DNA from: Eledone cirrhosa
Lineage: Eukaryota
Length of the DNA stretch: 64,000 bases
Reading direction: 5' to 3'
Assembly (NCBI GenBank): GCA_964016885.1
Contig: OZ024743.1
Span: 282,038,001-282,102,000 of the forward strand
Below the pieces are notes generated by a model that made no database searches, had not been told where the DNA came from, and worked only from the letters and a program-made list of their open reading frames with translations. Made by a program: the position numbers and the translations under genes. Below are positions 1 to 16,056 of the stretch, in pieces. Positions within the stretch are counted from its first letter, which is position 1; each line of letters opens with the position of its first letter.

Positions 1-280
1 AATAATAATAATTGTTTCTACTTTTGGCACAAGGCCAGCAATTACCCAGTACATTACTGGTACTTTATTTTATCGACCCCGTAAGGATGAAAGGCAAAGT
101 TAACCTCGGCGGGATTTGAACTCAGAATGTAAAGGGACGTAACTGAGTTCAAATCTCGCCGAGGTTAACTTTGCCTTTCATCCTTACGGGGTTGATAAAA
201 TAAAGTACCAGTAATGTACTGGGTAATTGCTGGCCTTGTGCCAAAAGTAGAAACAATTATTATTATTATTATTATTATTA
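1..280. mobile_element. Two tRNA-derived SINE copies (Meta-SINE-like core) in head-to-head inverted orientation
   Basis: 1-125 is the near-exact reverse complement of 143-270. B-box-like GAGTTCAAATC is followed by gcctttcatccttacggggtcgataaaataaagtaccag and an (ATT)n tail. Confidence 0.85.
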
Positions 281-649
281 GCAGAAAAACCACAAGGGTG
301 ATTTTCTGCTAGCATGTGTAGTGTGTATATTGATATTATACACAAATATATATACATGTAGATATGATACATCAAATAAAATCGTAATTGACAATATACA
401 CAGAAATAATAATAATTTTGTATAAGAACCTTTGTTAAGTTATGCTCCAAACACCACCTTAATAAAGAGAAAGTTATTTTAGTAAATACCTCTAAATTCT
501 GGATTATTTTCAAAATTATTTCAAAGTCATAAGTAGTGTCTTTCATTAGAACGTGGTAATGAAAAGGTTAAATGTAATAAAGCAAAATAATTGAAAGAAT
601 TGGTTCAAAAGAGAGAAAAAAAAGGAAAGGAACAATTCATTTTTTTTAC

Positions 650-819
650 CGGATTTGGTAAACAGTTTTCAACTGGTATTTTGATACTGTCAGAAATAAT
701 TTCACCTTCTGGTTGGATGTAATATATGGTAAGGGATGAGTCATGAGCAAGCTGACCAGAAATAGATAGAGTTTGTTTGTAAATGGGTGTTGGTTTTTCA
801 AAACCTTTCTTTTCTCCAA
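650..819 (-). CDS. A2M/TEP-like exon (MG5 end), last exon seen
   Basis: tgcag|...|gtaaaa; GEKKGFEKPTPIYKQTLSISGQLAHDSSLTIYYIQPEGEIISDSIKIPVENCLPNP resembles the A2M G(D/E)(V/I)IxDS...VENCLxN motif; 170 nt, phase 1-0. Confidence 0.9.
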
Positions 820-970
820 CTGCAGAAAGATAAAATATGAGATTAAATTTTTTTTAAATTCAAAGATTCGTTTGTAGTTTTGTTTTGTTTTTTGTTTTTT
901 TTTATTGATAAGGGAAATTTATATTAGATATGAAGCATAATAAAGTTAGATAATGACAACAACAACAAAC

Positions 971-1166
971 CATGACTATTTGAAAATATAACTGTGATAT
1001 TTAAAGCTGTTTCCTGATCTTTACTTTTCTCATCATTCATCACTGAATTATTTTTTCCATTTAAAAAAGCAGTATTCAGAGTTGGCTCCTTGAATGTCTC
1101 CTCATGCAATGTAGAATGGTTGTGATCGGTGGAATTTGACACCATATTTTCACCAAGAGAAAATAC
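971..1166 (-). CDS. A2M/TEP-like exon (MG5 with insertion)
   Basis: tacag|GTA TTT TCT CTT GGT...CAT G|gtttgt; VFSLGENMVSNSTDHNHST...ALNITVIFSNSH; 196 nt, phase 0-1 bridges the flanking exons exactly. Confidence 0.8.
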
Positions 1167-1439
1167 CTGTAAAGGAAGAAGAAAAATTGTTACCAAAGGT
1201 GTAATTATCTGATCTGCAAATGACAAACTAAGAAATAATTACTTATTCTAGGTAAGTCTAGTTAATAATAAGTGAGGAAAGTTTAATATAACATTTTACT
1301 TTTCAGTCTACAACAGGTAATATTCTTGAATTTGTTAAGAGGTGGAGTCTGAGTGGAGGAAGAGAAGGCACTAAAGAGATTACAATCATATTTAAAGGTG
1401 GGTTAGAAAAGAAACAAGAAGTGACAGGGTCAAAAACAC

Positions 1440-1950
1440 GGGTTCAGAAACAAAGCAGGATCCAGCACCACAAGGGTAGAGTAGAAGAATGGTAGGTGAG
1501 GGAGAAAGGAAGGCAGGGGTTAAGGGGAATGTGAGGTCTATGGTCCAGTCACTTCATCCATGCTGGATGAAGTGAAAAGTTACGTGTTGGGATGGGGTCT
1601 TGAAGTCATGGTCCTGGTTGCAGAGCTGACAAAAATGAAAGAATTGGGAGTAAGGTGTGGAAAGTTTGGTGTGGGTGAGGTAGAAGGAGGTGAAATCAAG
1701 ATAGGTGTGGGAATCAGTAGGTTTGTAGAAGATGGGGGTAGGGAGGGTGTGGTGAGTGTGGTCAATAGAGAGATGTCGAGAAATTGAACAAAAGAATAAG
1801 AGATGGGGGAGAGCTAAGATGAAGGTAGGATGAAAAGACTGGACAAAGGAAAGAAAGGAGTCGAGTTGTTCACAGAAGAGAGATGTGACACTGATACAGT
1901 CGTCGATATAATGACTATATAGCTCAGGGGTTGGTCCAGTGTATTGGGAC
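1440..1950 (-). mobile_element. Degenerate Penelope-like element RT fragment
   Basis: Minus strand reads SQYTGPTPELYSHYIDDCISVTSL (YIDD catalytic motif); homologous to about 2910-3400 on the plus strand. Confidence 0.75.
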
Positions 1951-2089
1951 TGTTATTATTTATAGCTGTCGACTGATATATATATATATATATATATATA
2001 ATTTAATGTGCCTTTTTCCATGCTAACATGGGTTAGATGAGTTGTCCTGTTGTGAGACAACACACACACACAAATAAACAGTTCTTATT

Positions 2090-3700
2090 CACCTAAAGCT
2101 ATAAGCATTCTTCCACGACACATCATCATCAGCCCAAACAAACTGCTTCACAAGTTTCAGCTGCCGACAATCACAGTGGATGCCAAGCTCTGGACAATTC
2201 AGCACCCTTAATTCCTTTGTGGAGATTTGCTGATGTACTTTGAACCACTTTAATTTCAAAAAATATTCTCATTGTATCAACCTCACTCAAGCCAAGCTCT
2301 CCACTCTGCGCAGCCTACAGCGTCATAATGACATTGTCATCGAACCTGCAGATAAAGGTGGTGTCATGGTAGTGTGGTGTGCAGACCTCTACATGACTGA
2401 AGCCCTCTGCCAGCTTCACACACATCATCTACTTCCTCCCCAAGATACACAAACCTGATAACCTTGACCATTCTATTGTTTCTGCTTGTAACTGTCTTAC
2501 CAAAATATTCTCCCTATAACTTGACACCTTCATCGCCCCCACTAGTAATCGACTTCTTCTTCTACATCCACAACACTAATCATGCTCTTCAACTGTTTAA
2601 CTCCTTCTCCTACTCTTCTGGCCCCTCTTGCCTTCTCTTCACCCTGGACATCACCTCTTTCTACATCGTCATCCCTCATAATGATGGCCTCCACACTCTC
2701 CAGCACTTTTTGGACCTATGCCCTACACCCTACGATAGCACTTTCACTCTTGTCCATCTTGTTGAGCTCATTGTCACTCTCAATGGTTTTTCTTTTCCTT
2801 TTCCGGAGAGTTTTACTAACAGGTTTCTAAGGTGGCCATGGATACCAGAATGGACCCTAACTACACCAACTTGTTTGTTGGCTATGTTGAAGCCCTGATA
2901 TTCTCCAAGTACATGGATGCACCCCTGAGCTATAGTCATTACATTGATGATCGTATCGACACCACCTCTCTCTCCCTTGAACAGGTCGACGCTTTTCTTT
3001 CATCCAGTCTTTTCATCCTGCCCTCACCTTCACCACATCCATCTCCAACTCTTCTGTCCAGTTTCTTGACATCTCTCTCTCTATTGACTACCCTCACCAC
3101 ACACACTCTTCCTCCATCTTCAATAAGCTCACTGACTCCTATGCCACAGACACCTATCTCTCCATACAATGCTCCCAATTCTTCTGTTTTCATTGTCTCT
3201 GTAGCCAGGGCCACAATTTCGAGATCCAGTCCCAACACATGGCTTCCCACTTCATCCAGCATGGATATTCACCTACCTTGATCCAAGCTACCCTCACCTG
3301 CACCAATGAAACCAACCATACCACAGTCCTCTCACCCCCAACACAGCTACCCAACATATGCCTTCCTTTCTCCCTCGCCTACCACCCCTACCACCCTACC
3401 TCTCTGGTGCCATATCCGTCTTTGCTTCCACACCCTCTCCTCTGATGGCATCACTTCTCGCTTCTTTCGAAACCCACCCATCATTGCCTTTAAGTGTGCC
3501 CATAATCTCCACAACCGCTTGGTATGCAAGTCCCTCCCTTCCTCACCTAGGACTCCACCTGGCTTCCATCCTTGTTCTTGCCCCTGCTGTAACACCTAGC
3601 CCTTCATTTCTAGCCTCACCACTCTCACAGGCACTAATGGTTCTTTCCATATCTGCCACAAAGATGTTAATGCTTCTCACACCTCCTACTACTACTTCCG
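2090..3700 (+). mobile_element. Degenerate Penelope-like element (RT, linker, start of GIY-YIG domain), frameshifted
   Basis: PLE RT motifs IVIEPADKGGVMVVW, LFTLDITSFYIVIPHNDGL, VAMDTRMDPNYTNLFVG, YIDD, then the Cys-rich PCSCPCCNT. Confidence 0.85.
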
Positions 3701-3995
3701 ACTAGTAATGGCATGAACAGAAAGAAAAGATGACTCATACAAGCTAAAACATTTTATCTATTTTCCAAGGTTTTTGATTTCTGATGAGGAGATTTTATCT
3801 AAAAAATTAAGGTCGTATTTCAGTAAAGAACAGGTAACAGAGAGTAGCTTTCTTGCCCTCATTTACCTTAAATCGTACCACACCTTTTGCATTGTTGCAG
3901 CCTTCAAATTACATACCTTCTTATACTTAATGCACAATGCTTCAAGCTTAACTACAACACTCTCTATTATATATAAATACATATATATATATATC

Positions 3996-4299
3996 TCACA
4001 GAAAAAAAGAGAATCAGTGTTGCGACGAATGGAATTTATTGGACATATTACAATTGTTTCTCTGGCGACTTGATTCAAGACGTATCTGAGGACCTTGCGA
4101 TTTTCAGAGTCAGGTTCGATCATCACATCGATCGTGCCTCGAGCTGGTCACCAGAGAAACGATTGTAATATGTCTAATAAATTCCATTCGTCGCAACACT
4201 GATTCTCTTTTTTTTTGTGATATCATACTCTGCTCTATGAGAGCATTGAGTGCTCATACAGCCTGCCACATATGGACGCTTTAAGCATCCAACACCAAT
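3996..4299 (+). mobile_element. Short PLE pLTR-type element with about 75-bp inverted arms and a 3' tail, flanked by (TA)n
   Basis: 3996-4069 is the reverse complement of 4147-4220; unique tail 4221-4299; contains a hammerhead-like motif. Confidence 0.7.
4078..4175 (+). ncRNA. Type-I hammerhead ribozyme variant with long imperfect stem II
   Basis: agacgtat-CTGAGGA-(63 nt)-GAAA-C-gatt-G-T-A^-atatgtct: 8-bp stem I, GUA site; the first stem II pair is a C.A mismatch. Confidence 0.55.
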
Positions 4300-4333
<34 letters not shown>

Positions 4334-4599
4334 AAAGAAAATTTCGATCTACATGGCTGAATACAATAAATGTAATCTGAGTTTTCAAATATTAATAATA
4401 ACATTTGATTCGTTTGCAATTTTGCAAACAAGCCTCAATTTTATAGCCATGTCAGTAGAATGAAAACTTCATTCTTGCTCTTGTGTTGGCATGTGAGAAA
4501 AGCCACAAACCCTCCATCTCAAGTCTACTTTTGAAAAGTAGAAGAACTGCGAAACCGGTAAAGGAACCAAATAAATGCATTTTCGATTTCATCTTTTTT

Positions 4600-8090
<3,491 letters not shown>

Positions 8091-8095
<5 letters not shown>

Positions 8096-9855
8096 ATTAA
8101 ATAAATGGAAACTATATCTATAAAACCATATTTATTTCATTATATATATTTCAGGGATAACATATTAACAATATGCCATGCCTTCCTCAGACAAAATACA
8201 ATATAAACAGTTTTATAGATAAATAGATTCGACATACCGTAATAACATCTACTTGCATTTGAGAAGGTTGATTTGGTTGTGACAAAATTGTACACAGAGA
8301 GAAAGAAAGAGAGAAAAAGAGAGAAAAAAGGAAAGAAAGACAGAAAACGAAGAAAAAGAAAAAGAAGAAGAAGAAGAAGAAGAATATAGTCTCAAGAGGG
8401 ATTCCTTTTAATTCATCCTCTGAGACATGTGACCTCTGCGCAGAGGAGATATTCTTTATACTAAAATCTAAAAATTCCCTTAATCTACGGACAAATTTAT
8501 TCAGTTGTTGCAAACATAGATTAAACTCAACGTTTAAATATAAATTTAAATTTAAAATGTAGTATATTTAGTTTGATTTATAATTATATGGGAAACTAGC
8601 CGATAAATCTTTGATTCTCTTTTTACTCTTTTTATTTTTATTTTATTTATTTAAACATTCTTCATGAAAAATTAAGCTATCCTAAAAGTTGATGCTCCAA
8701 ATATTTCGAATAAACGTTACACTAGATAAACTACTAAATATAAGAACACATGTAGACCAAATTGGGCATCCTATACTTTTTGAAATGATCTTTGCTAGAT
8801 GCGATTTGATAGATAATTTTTGGCTTTATCTGTTTTTCGACTGATGTTTATAATGAACTTGGCAATATATTGTTAATTAATTTTGAAGGGTTGATCTTTG
8901 TGGTTTATTTTATTTTATTACTGTAGTATTTCCTAATTTTTATTTTTTTATTTTTTTAATATTTTTAATATGTAAATTTTTTTAAAAAATTTTTTAATAT
9001 GTAATATTTTTAATATGTAATATTCTTTCGTAATATTTCTTAGTTTTCTATTTTATTATTACTTATTATTATTATTGTTATTTTTAGTTTAGTCTTGTTT
9101 CCGATATATTTTTATTTTTATTTTTATTTTTATTTTTATTTTTATTTTTATTAGTATATTGAAATCTGCTCTATCTTTGCTTGATAGATAATCTTGTAGA
9201 GTAGAGACAGAAATAGTAATATTGACTCTATATACACATATATGTATACTTAAATTTTTATACCGCATTGAGAATACTTTCCGTGAACTTAGGGTTTGCA
9301 GAATTGATCATGTACATTCACATAGATGTTTGTAATTATCACATAAACATATGAATTTTTTAAAAAAACTAAACATAAGATCATTAATTTTCACACATTG
9401 TGGATACATATCTCATTCAGGAATACTGATATTTACAATGCAGAGGCTGGTTTTGTAAATACTAATACCTCTACATTAAAACAGAGGTTTGTACGCCTCG
9501 CCTGTGTCTGGATATTTTTGAATTTTCTCTCTCTCTTTTTTTTCTCTCTCTATATTTTTTTTCTCTCCCTATATAACAGCTGGTTTTCCCTCCATATATC
9601 TCCCTTACATTAATACTAGAGCTAAATAAATAAATAAACAAATAAATGTATCATTGATACGTTATTCAACAGTTGTTCCACTACCTAGCTTTCTATATAT
9701 GTATCTATCTCTATTTCCTCTCTCTATATATATATATATCTCTTTCTGTTTCTTTACATGAAGTTCTTCTCTTTATCTATCTTTCCATCTCTCTATTTTG
9801 TTCCATGCATTTCTTCTTTTTCTTTTTCTTCGTTTTCTGTCTTTCTTTCCTTTTT

Positions 9856-9886
<31 letters not shown>

Positions 9887-10189
9887 TTCTTTCTCTCTGT
9901 GTACAATTTTGTCACAACCAAATCAACCTTCTCAAATGCAAGTAGATGTTATTACGGTATGTCGAATCTATTTATCTATAAAACTGTTTATATTGTATTT
10001 TGTCTGAGGAAGGCATGGCATATTGTTAATATGTTATCCCTGAAATATATATAATGAAATAAATATGGTTTTATAGATATAGTTTCCATTTATTTAATAT
10101 TGTAAATATACTCCAAATATTTGTCGAGTGCTTTTATATCAGTTATAAATATTTACTAGTTGTAACACAACAATTTTAAATATAACTTT

Positions 10190-10191
<2 letters not shown>
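8091..10191 (+). mobile_element. 5'-truncated Penelope-like element (Naiad-type endonuclease C-terminus) with inverted pLTR
   Basis: 8091-8385 is the reverse complement of about 9810-10103. 8386-8562 (+) encodes IVSRGIPFNSSSETCDLCAEEIFFILKSKNSLNLRTNLFSCCKHR...stop, matching the CxLCxxE...LNxRxxxxxxCxH end of PLE GIY-YIG proteins. Flanked by (TA)n. Confidence 0.8.
9995..10060 (+). ncRNA. Hammerhead-like motif in pLTR (inverted copy at about 8135-8200, minus strand)
   Basis: CTGAGGA (10004) + stem II agg-c-atggcatatt-gtt-aatatgttat-c-cct + GAAA + palindromic ATATAT; stem I pairing is poor, so possibly decayed. Confidence 0.5.
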
Positions 10192-10245
<54 letters not shown>

Positions 10246-10438
10246 GTTTATATATATATATGTATATATATGTATATATATATATATATGTATATATATG
10301 TATATAGTATGCTAGGGAAAGGATCAGGGGTGTATAACACTCCACTTATCCAGCAGGCAGTATGAGGTTAGCTCAATGTAAGGACAGAGCCGTAATATAA
10401 TAAATAAATAACAAAGAACGCTTATAGCATATGCATAT

Positions 10439-10496
10439 CTTTACTTGCTAACGTTGTTTCATCCGCACTATAAGTGGGACTCATCAGAGCATAAAG
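10439..10496 (-). ncRNA. Type-I hammerhead ribozyme (left arm; sense to the host pre-mRNA)
   Basis: Minus strand: cttta-tgct-CTGATGA-gtcccac-ttata-gtgcggat-GAAA-C-aac-G-T-T^-agca-ag-taaag. Confidence 0.75.
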
Positions 10497-11084
10497 GTTA
10501 ATTACATACCATACAAGCAATAACAAATCCAAGGCATTGAAGAATGAAAGGTAATAATAGACGATAGAGGATAAGAATAAAAATAAAAATAAAAGTAAAA
10601 ATAAAAATAAAAATAAAAATAAGGGGTGCTATCAGTCACAGTTGGGCGGGGTGCTGTCAACATATAGTTACATACAAGCATACACATGGATAAGAGTACA
10701 GACAAGAGTAGACACATGGATAAGAGAACAGACAAGAGTAGATAAGATAATGGGATTAGGTAAGAGTAGGTAAAAAATAGGTAAAAAATAGGTGAAAAAC
10801 AGACTTATAATATATATAAAAAGAAATACAAAGAAATACATAACAAACTTACATATAAAAAATAAAATATAGGGTAAGGAATGAGATAAAATAATATAAA
10901 ATTAAAAATTAAAAATTATATACATAGAACATAATATAGTATAATCGTAAAATAAGATAAAATAAGGTAAACTAAAATCAAATAACATAGACTAAATTAA
11001 AATAATATAATATAAGATATAATTAAATGTATAATTAAATGTAATTAAATGTAATTAAATAAAATAAAATAAAATAAAATAAAA

Positions 11085-11115
<31 letters not shown>

Positions 11116-11200
11116 AAATTAAAAATTAAATAAATAAATAAAATTTAAATTTAAATTTTTTAAAATTTTAAAATTTCAAAATTAAAATTCAAATTCAAAT

Positions 11201-11236
<36 letters not shown>

Positions 11237-13016
11237 ATGGAGTCAAGTAAGTAAATAAATAAAATTAGATAACATGAAATGAAATAAAATGAAATAAAGT
11301 AAATTGAGATAAGATATATATTTTTTTAGAATATATCTCTTGAATATATCAGGGGCCCACGAAGGCACTAAATGTCACAGTTATATGTATCACTTGACCA
11401 ATTTTTTAAAAAATATTTTTCATGAAAACATCAGGGGCCCACGAAGGCACTAAGTGTCACAGTCACCAGTATCACTTGACCATTGCAAGGCAATGGAGGC
11501 ATCCCAGGTTGGGCAGTCTCGAAAGTTCACTCGAAAGTCATGGGTGTGCATTCACACAGTTGAGCGGTGGGGTAATCACAAACCGGTTCACACACGGGCA
11601 GGAGTCAATTGGTCAGAGAGGTGCATCAAAGGAGGTAGAAGAATTCACATGCATTAGCAAGCGAGGTGAGATTAAAGCAAGCAGATACAGTTGTAGCGCA
11701 TACAAAATATATATAAAGACAGAAGATATATAAAAAGCCATTAAGTCACCGCATTGGGACATCACAAGATTGTACACATCAATATGTTCAGCACGTATAT
11801 GCACGTATACACACCACATGCATATGCAGAGACGGTATACATATATATATATATATATTTTTTATATATATACACAGACACATATAACCACCTACACCCA
11901 TACACATATAAATGTATACACGGACACACACGCACACACACACAGCGTAGGACACCCGGGTCAAAGCCGATATTAAATACGATATTAAATACGATATTAA
12001 ACACCGAAATACCACATTAGACCAGACCCACCACCACAGGTAATATATTCAAAACAAATACATACGATGAGATGTATTAAAATAAAGTTGAAATCCTACG
12101 GATTGTACACTCGAACCGGTCATTGGCACGTGCAGACATGAATATCTCCGTAGGATTTCAACTTTATTTTAATACATCTCATCGTATGTATTTGTTTTGA
12201 ATATATTACCTGTGGTGGTGGGTCTGGTCTAATGTGGTATTTCGGTGTTTAATATCGTATTTAATATCGTATTTAATATCGGCTTTGACCCGGGTGTCCT
12301 ACGCTGTGTGTGTGTGCGTGTGTGTCCGTGTATACATTTATATGTGTATGGGTGTAGGTGGTTATATGTGTCTGTGTATATATATAAAAAATATATATAT
12401 ATATATATGTATACCGTCTCTGCATATGCATGTGGTGTGTATACGTGCATATACGTGCTGAACATATTGATGTGTACAATCTTGTGATGTCCCAATGCGG
12501 TGACTTAATGGCTTTTTATATATCTTCTGTCTTTATATATATTTTGTATGCGCTACAACTGTATCTGCTTGCTTTAATCTCACCTCGCTTGCTAATGCAT
12601 GTGAATTCTTCTACCTCCTTTGATGCACCTCTCTGACCAATTGACTCCTGCCCGTGTGTGAACCGGTTTGTGATTACCCCACCGCTCAACTGTGTGAATG
12701 CACACCCATGACTTTCGAGTGAACTTTCGAGACTGCCCAACCTGGGACGCCTCCATTGCCTTGCAATGGTCAAGTGATACTGGTGACTGTGACACTTAGT
12801 GCCTTCGTGGGCCCCTGATGTTTTCATGAAAAATATTTTTAAAAAAATTGGTCAAGTGATACATATAACTGTGACATTTAGTGCCTTCGTGGGCCCCTGA
12901 TATATTCAAGAGATATATTCTAAAAAAATATATATCTTATCTCAATTTACTTTATTTCATTTTATTTCATTTCATGTTATCTAATTTTATTTATTTACTT
13001 ACTTGACTCCATTCAT

Positions 13017-13048
<32 letters not shown>

Positions 13049-13136
13049 ATTTAAATTTGAATTTGAATTTTAATTTTGAAATTTTAAAATTTTAAAAAAT
13101 TTAAATTTAAATTTTATTTATTTATTTAATTTTTAA

Positions 13137-13167
<31 letters not shown>

Positions 13168-13741
13168 ATTTTATTTTATTTAATTACATTTAATTACATT
13201 TAATTATACATTTAATTATATCTTATATTATATTATTTTAATTTAGTCTATGTTATTTGATTTTAGTTTACCTTATTTTATCTTATTTTACGATTATACT
13301 ATATTATGTTCTATGTATATAATTTTTAATTTTTAATTTTATATTATTTTATCTCATTCCTTACCCTATATTTTATTTTTTATATGTAAGTTTGTTATGT
13401 ATTTCTTTGTATTTCTTTTTATATATATTATAAGTCTGTTTTTCACCTATTTTTTACCTATTTTTTACCTACTCTTACCTAATCCCATTATCTTATCTAC
13501 TCTTGTCTGTTCTCTTATCCATGTGTCTACTCTTGTCTGTACTCTTATCCATGTGTATGCTTGTATGTAACTATATGTTGACAGCACCCCGCCCAACTGT
13601 GACTGATAGCACCCCTTATTTTTATTTTTATTTTTATTTTTACTTTTATTTTTATTTTTATTCTTATCCTCTATCGTCTATTATTACCTTTCATTCTTCA
13701 ATGTCTTGGATTTGTTATTGCTTGTATGGTATGTAATTAAC

Positions 13742-13799
13742 CTTTATGCTCTGATGAGTCCCACTTATAGTGCGGATGAAACAATGTTAGCAAGTAAAG
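13742..13799 (+). ncRNA. Type-I hammerhead ribozyme (right arm)
   Basis: cttta-tgct-CTGATGA(13751)-gtcccacttatagtgcggat-GAAA(13778)-caatG-T-T^-agca-ag-taaag. Confidence 0.75.
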
Positions 13800-13846
13800 A
13801 TATGCATATGCTATAAGCGTTCTTTGTTATTTATTTATTATATATA

Positions 13847-13877
<31 letters not shown>

Positions 13878-13956
13878 TTATATATATATATGTATATATG
13901 TTTATATATATATATGTATATATATGTATATATGTATATGTATATATGTATATATG

Positions 13957-13987
<31 letters not shown>

Positions 13988-14054
13988 GTATATATGTATA
14001 TATATATGAATATATGTATATATGAATATATGTATATATGAATATATGTATATA

Positions 14055-14105
<51 letters not shown>

Positions 14106-15170
14106 AATGGGAGAAAGACAGTCTCCCCCACATTGATCCAATAGAGGGAGTAGCAGTGCAAGTTGGAGGTAGTATAATAAGAAAGGCAATCAAAGATATG
14201 AAGATGGACAAGGTGGCTGGGCTTGATAGTCTGCAGTATTGTGACTAGAAAGACCACAAGTCAAAGAAGTACTTGATACATGGTAAAATGCAAAGTGGGT
14301 ATATTAGTGAAATTAGAGAATCTCTGTGAGCTCAACAGTTTTGCCTAGTTACTTCTTTTTTATATTTTTCTGACCCAAGCCAGGATACCTAGAAGATGTA
14401 GTAAGCCGAAACCACCAACGTCATGATAGATTCTATGATTTCACTAATATATGCTCCGCTGGATGTGTAACAGTAATATACGTGAACGGCAAAGCATAAA
14501 CGAACTAAGGAAAAAATTAGAGATAAGAGGGATCAGATGTTGTTTACTCGAGAGAAGGCTACGTTGGTATGGACACGTGATGCGCATGAAAGTCGATAGC
14601 TGTATAACAAAGTGCAGGGCAATAAAGATAGACGGTAGTCACGGAATAGGCAGACCTAGAAAAACCTGGGACGAGCTGATAAACTCCGACATCACACACT
14701 TACACCTCTCCAAGACAATGTCACTGGACCGAGACCTTTGGCGGTACTCAGTAACAGAGAAGACCCGCCTTACCTAAATATATAGTAAAACCTACTCCAG
14801 CCAGTAGGCATCTCTAACAAATACACCCCGTCCCACCACCCCCACCCGATCCACACCACCCCGTTCTATGTAAAGTTATGTTGGTGCCGCGCCATCGAGG
14901 CCGAAACAAATGAGATCGTGTAGGTGTCACGACAAAAAAACACACAGTCCACGCTGTAATGTGGCCGTGTAGGCAACACGGTAAAAACCTCCCAGACCCA
15001 CACTGTAAATGTGGTTGGTGTTAGGAAGGGCATCCAACTGTAGAAAACCTGCCAGACAGTCCTATGCGAGCAAGACAATCACTCTTGCCTCAAGTGGGAC
15101 TACCCCCGTCCAAACCCATGCAAGCGTGGAACACGGACGTTAAACGCTGATGATGATGATGATGATGATG
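14106..15170 (+). mobile_element. RTE-clade LINE fragments with 3' UTR and (TGA)n tail
   Basis: ORF 14451-14777 MLRWMCN...ERRLRWYGHVMRM...GRPRKTW is the typical RTE C-terminus; ends acggacgttaaacgctgatgatgat. Confidence 0.85.
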
Positions 15171-15236
15171 ATATATATATATCATTATTGACAATAAAAG
15201 CCAAAATAACAAGCTAAAATGGGAATATTGCTTCAC

Positions 15237-15473
15237 CTGATAAAAAATGGTCATAGGTCCTTGTGTTTCATTATAGTTATAATAAAACACGACTTCAGTT
15301 TTGTTGTTACATGGAAGCTTCTTATATATAGGGTCAATAGAAATAAAACTGGGACTTAATGAGTACCACTTGTAAAGGTTAAATATTTCCGAAGATGTGA
15401 ATACATCGTCATCTGAATCCGATGAATCCGATTTCATTTCATCCGATTTTACTTTGTTGGAAGTAGGAAATAC
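15237..15473 (-). CDS. A2M/TEP-like exon (MG4-MG5)
   Basis: ttcag|...CAG|gtgaag; VFPTSNKVKSDEMKSDSSDSDDDVF...WYSLSPSFISIDPIYKKLPCNNKTEVVFYY...IFYQ; 237 nt, phase 0-0. Confidence 0.88.
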
Positions 15474-15629
15474 CTGAAATATATAGAAAGCAAAATTTGT
15501 TTTTAAATTATATTTCTAATGTTAACTATTTGAGTGCCAATGCCATTTTTTTTTTTATTTTAGTGCTCCAGCTCAGGATAACATAAATTTTAGCACTTTA
15601 CAAAAGAATAGTTAAAAATAATTCACAAA

Positions 15630-16056
15630 TTAAACCTTTAGCATTATTTACATTACTATATATTTACTATTGTATTTTCACAGTAAACACTTTATTTCAC
15701 ATAATTATTTCACATAATACCGAATCTATGAGATTTTCATAGTATTTATTTTGAGAACAATACCTTAACATCAGTATGAGCGACCGGTTACAGCTGGTTT
15801 GAATAGAAAGAGGTGAGAGAATATTGGCCAGATATGGCAGGTTTAACCCTTTAACATTTACATTACTCTATAAATACTATTGTATTTTTGCAGTAAATGC
15901 TTTATCTCACATAATATCGAATCTATGAGATTTTGATATTATCTATTTTGAGGAAAATACCTTAACATCAGTATGAATGGCCAATTATGGCTTGTTTGAA
16001 CTGAAAGAGATGAGAGAATACTGACCAGATATGGCTGGTTTAAATCCTAAAGGTTT
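15630..16056. mobile_element. Two tandem copies of a TTAA-flanked (piggyBac-type) MITE
   Basis: Same family as 27482-27702; ends ttaa(a/c)cctttagcatt ... taaaggttta. Confidence 0.6.

Larger units (their letters stand above)
10305..13843. mobile_element. Giant palindromic non-autonomous PLE-like element: arms 10395-12102 and 12147-13843, 44-bp spacer, tail 10305-10394
   Basis: The arms are reverse complements, as shown by mirror-image ORFs in the ORF track (11754-12020+ vs 12229-12495-). A few substitutions and microsatellite indels differ. There is a hammerhead near each outer end and (TA)n on both sides. Confidence 0.85.

Noticed and set aside
3776-3815. CTGATGAggaga hammerhead-like start after the PLE relic
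   Set aside because: No GAAA box or convincing stems I/III; at best a decayed remnant.
11422-12827. Mirror-image short ORFs in the palindrome
   Set aside because: No recognisable domains; their duplication simply reflects the inverted repeat.
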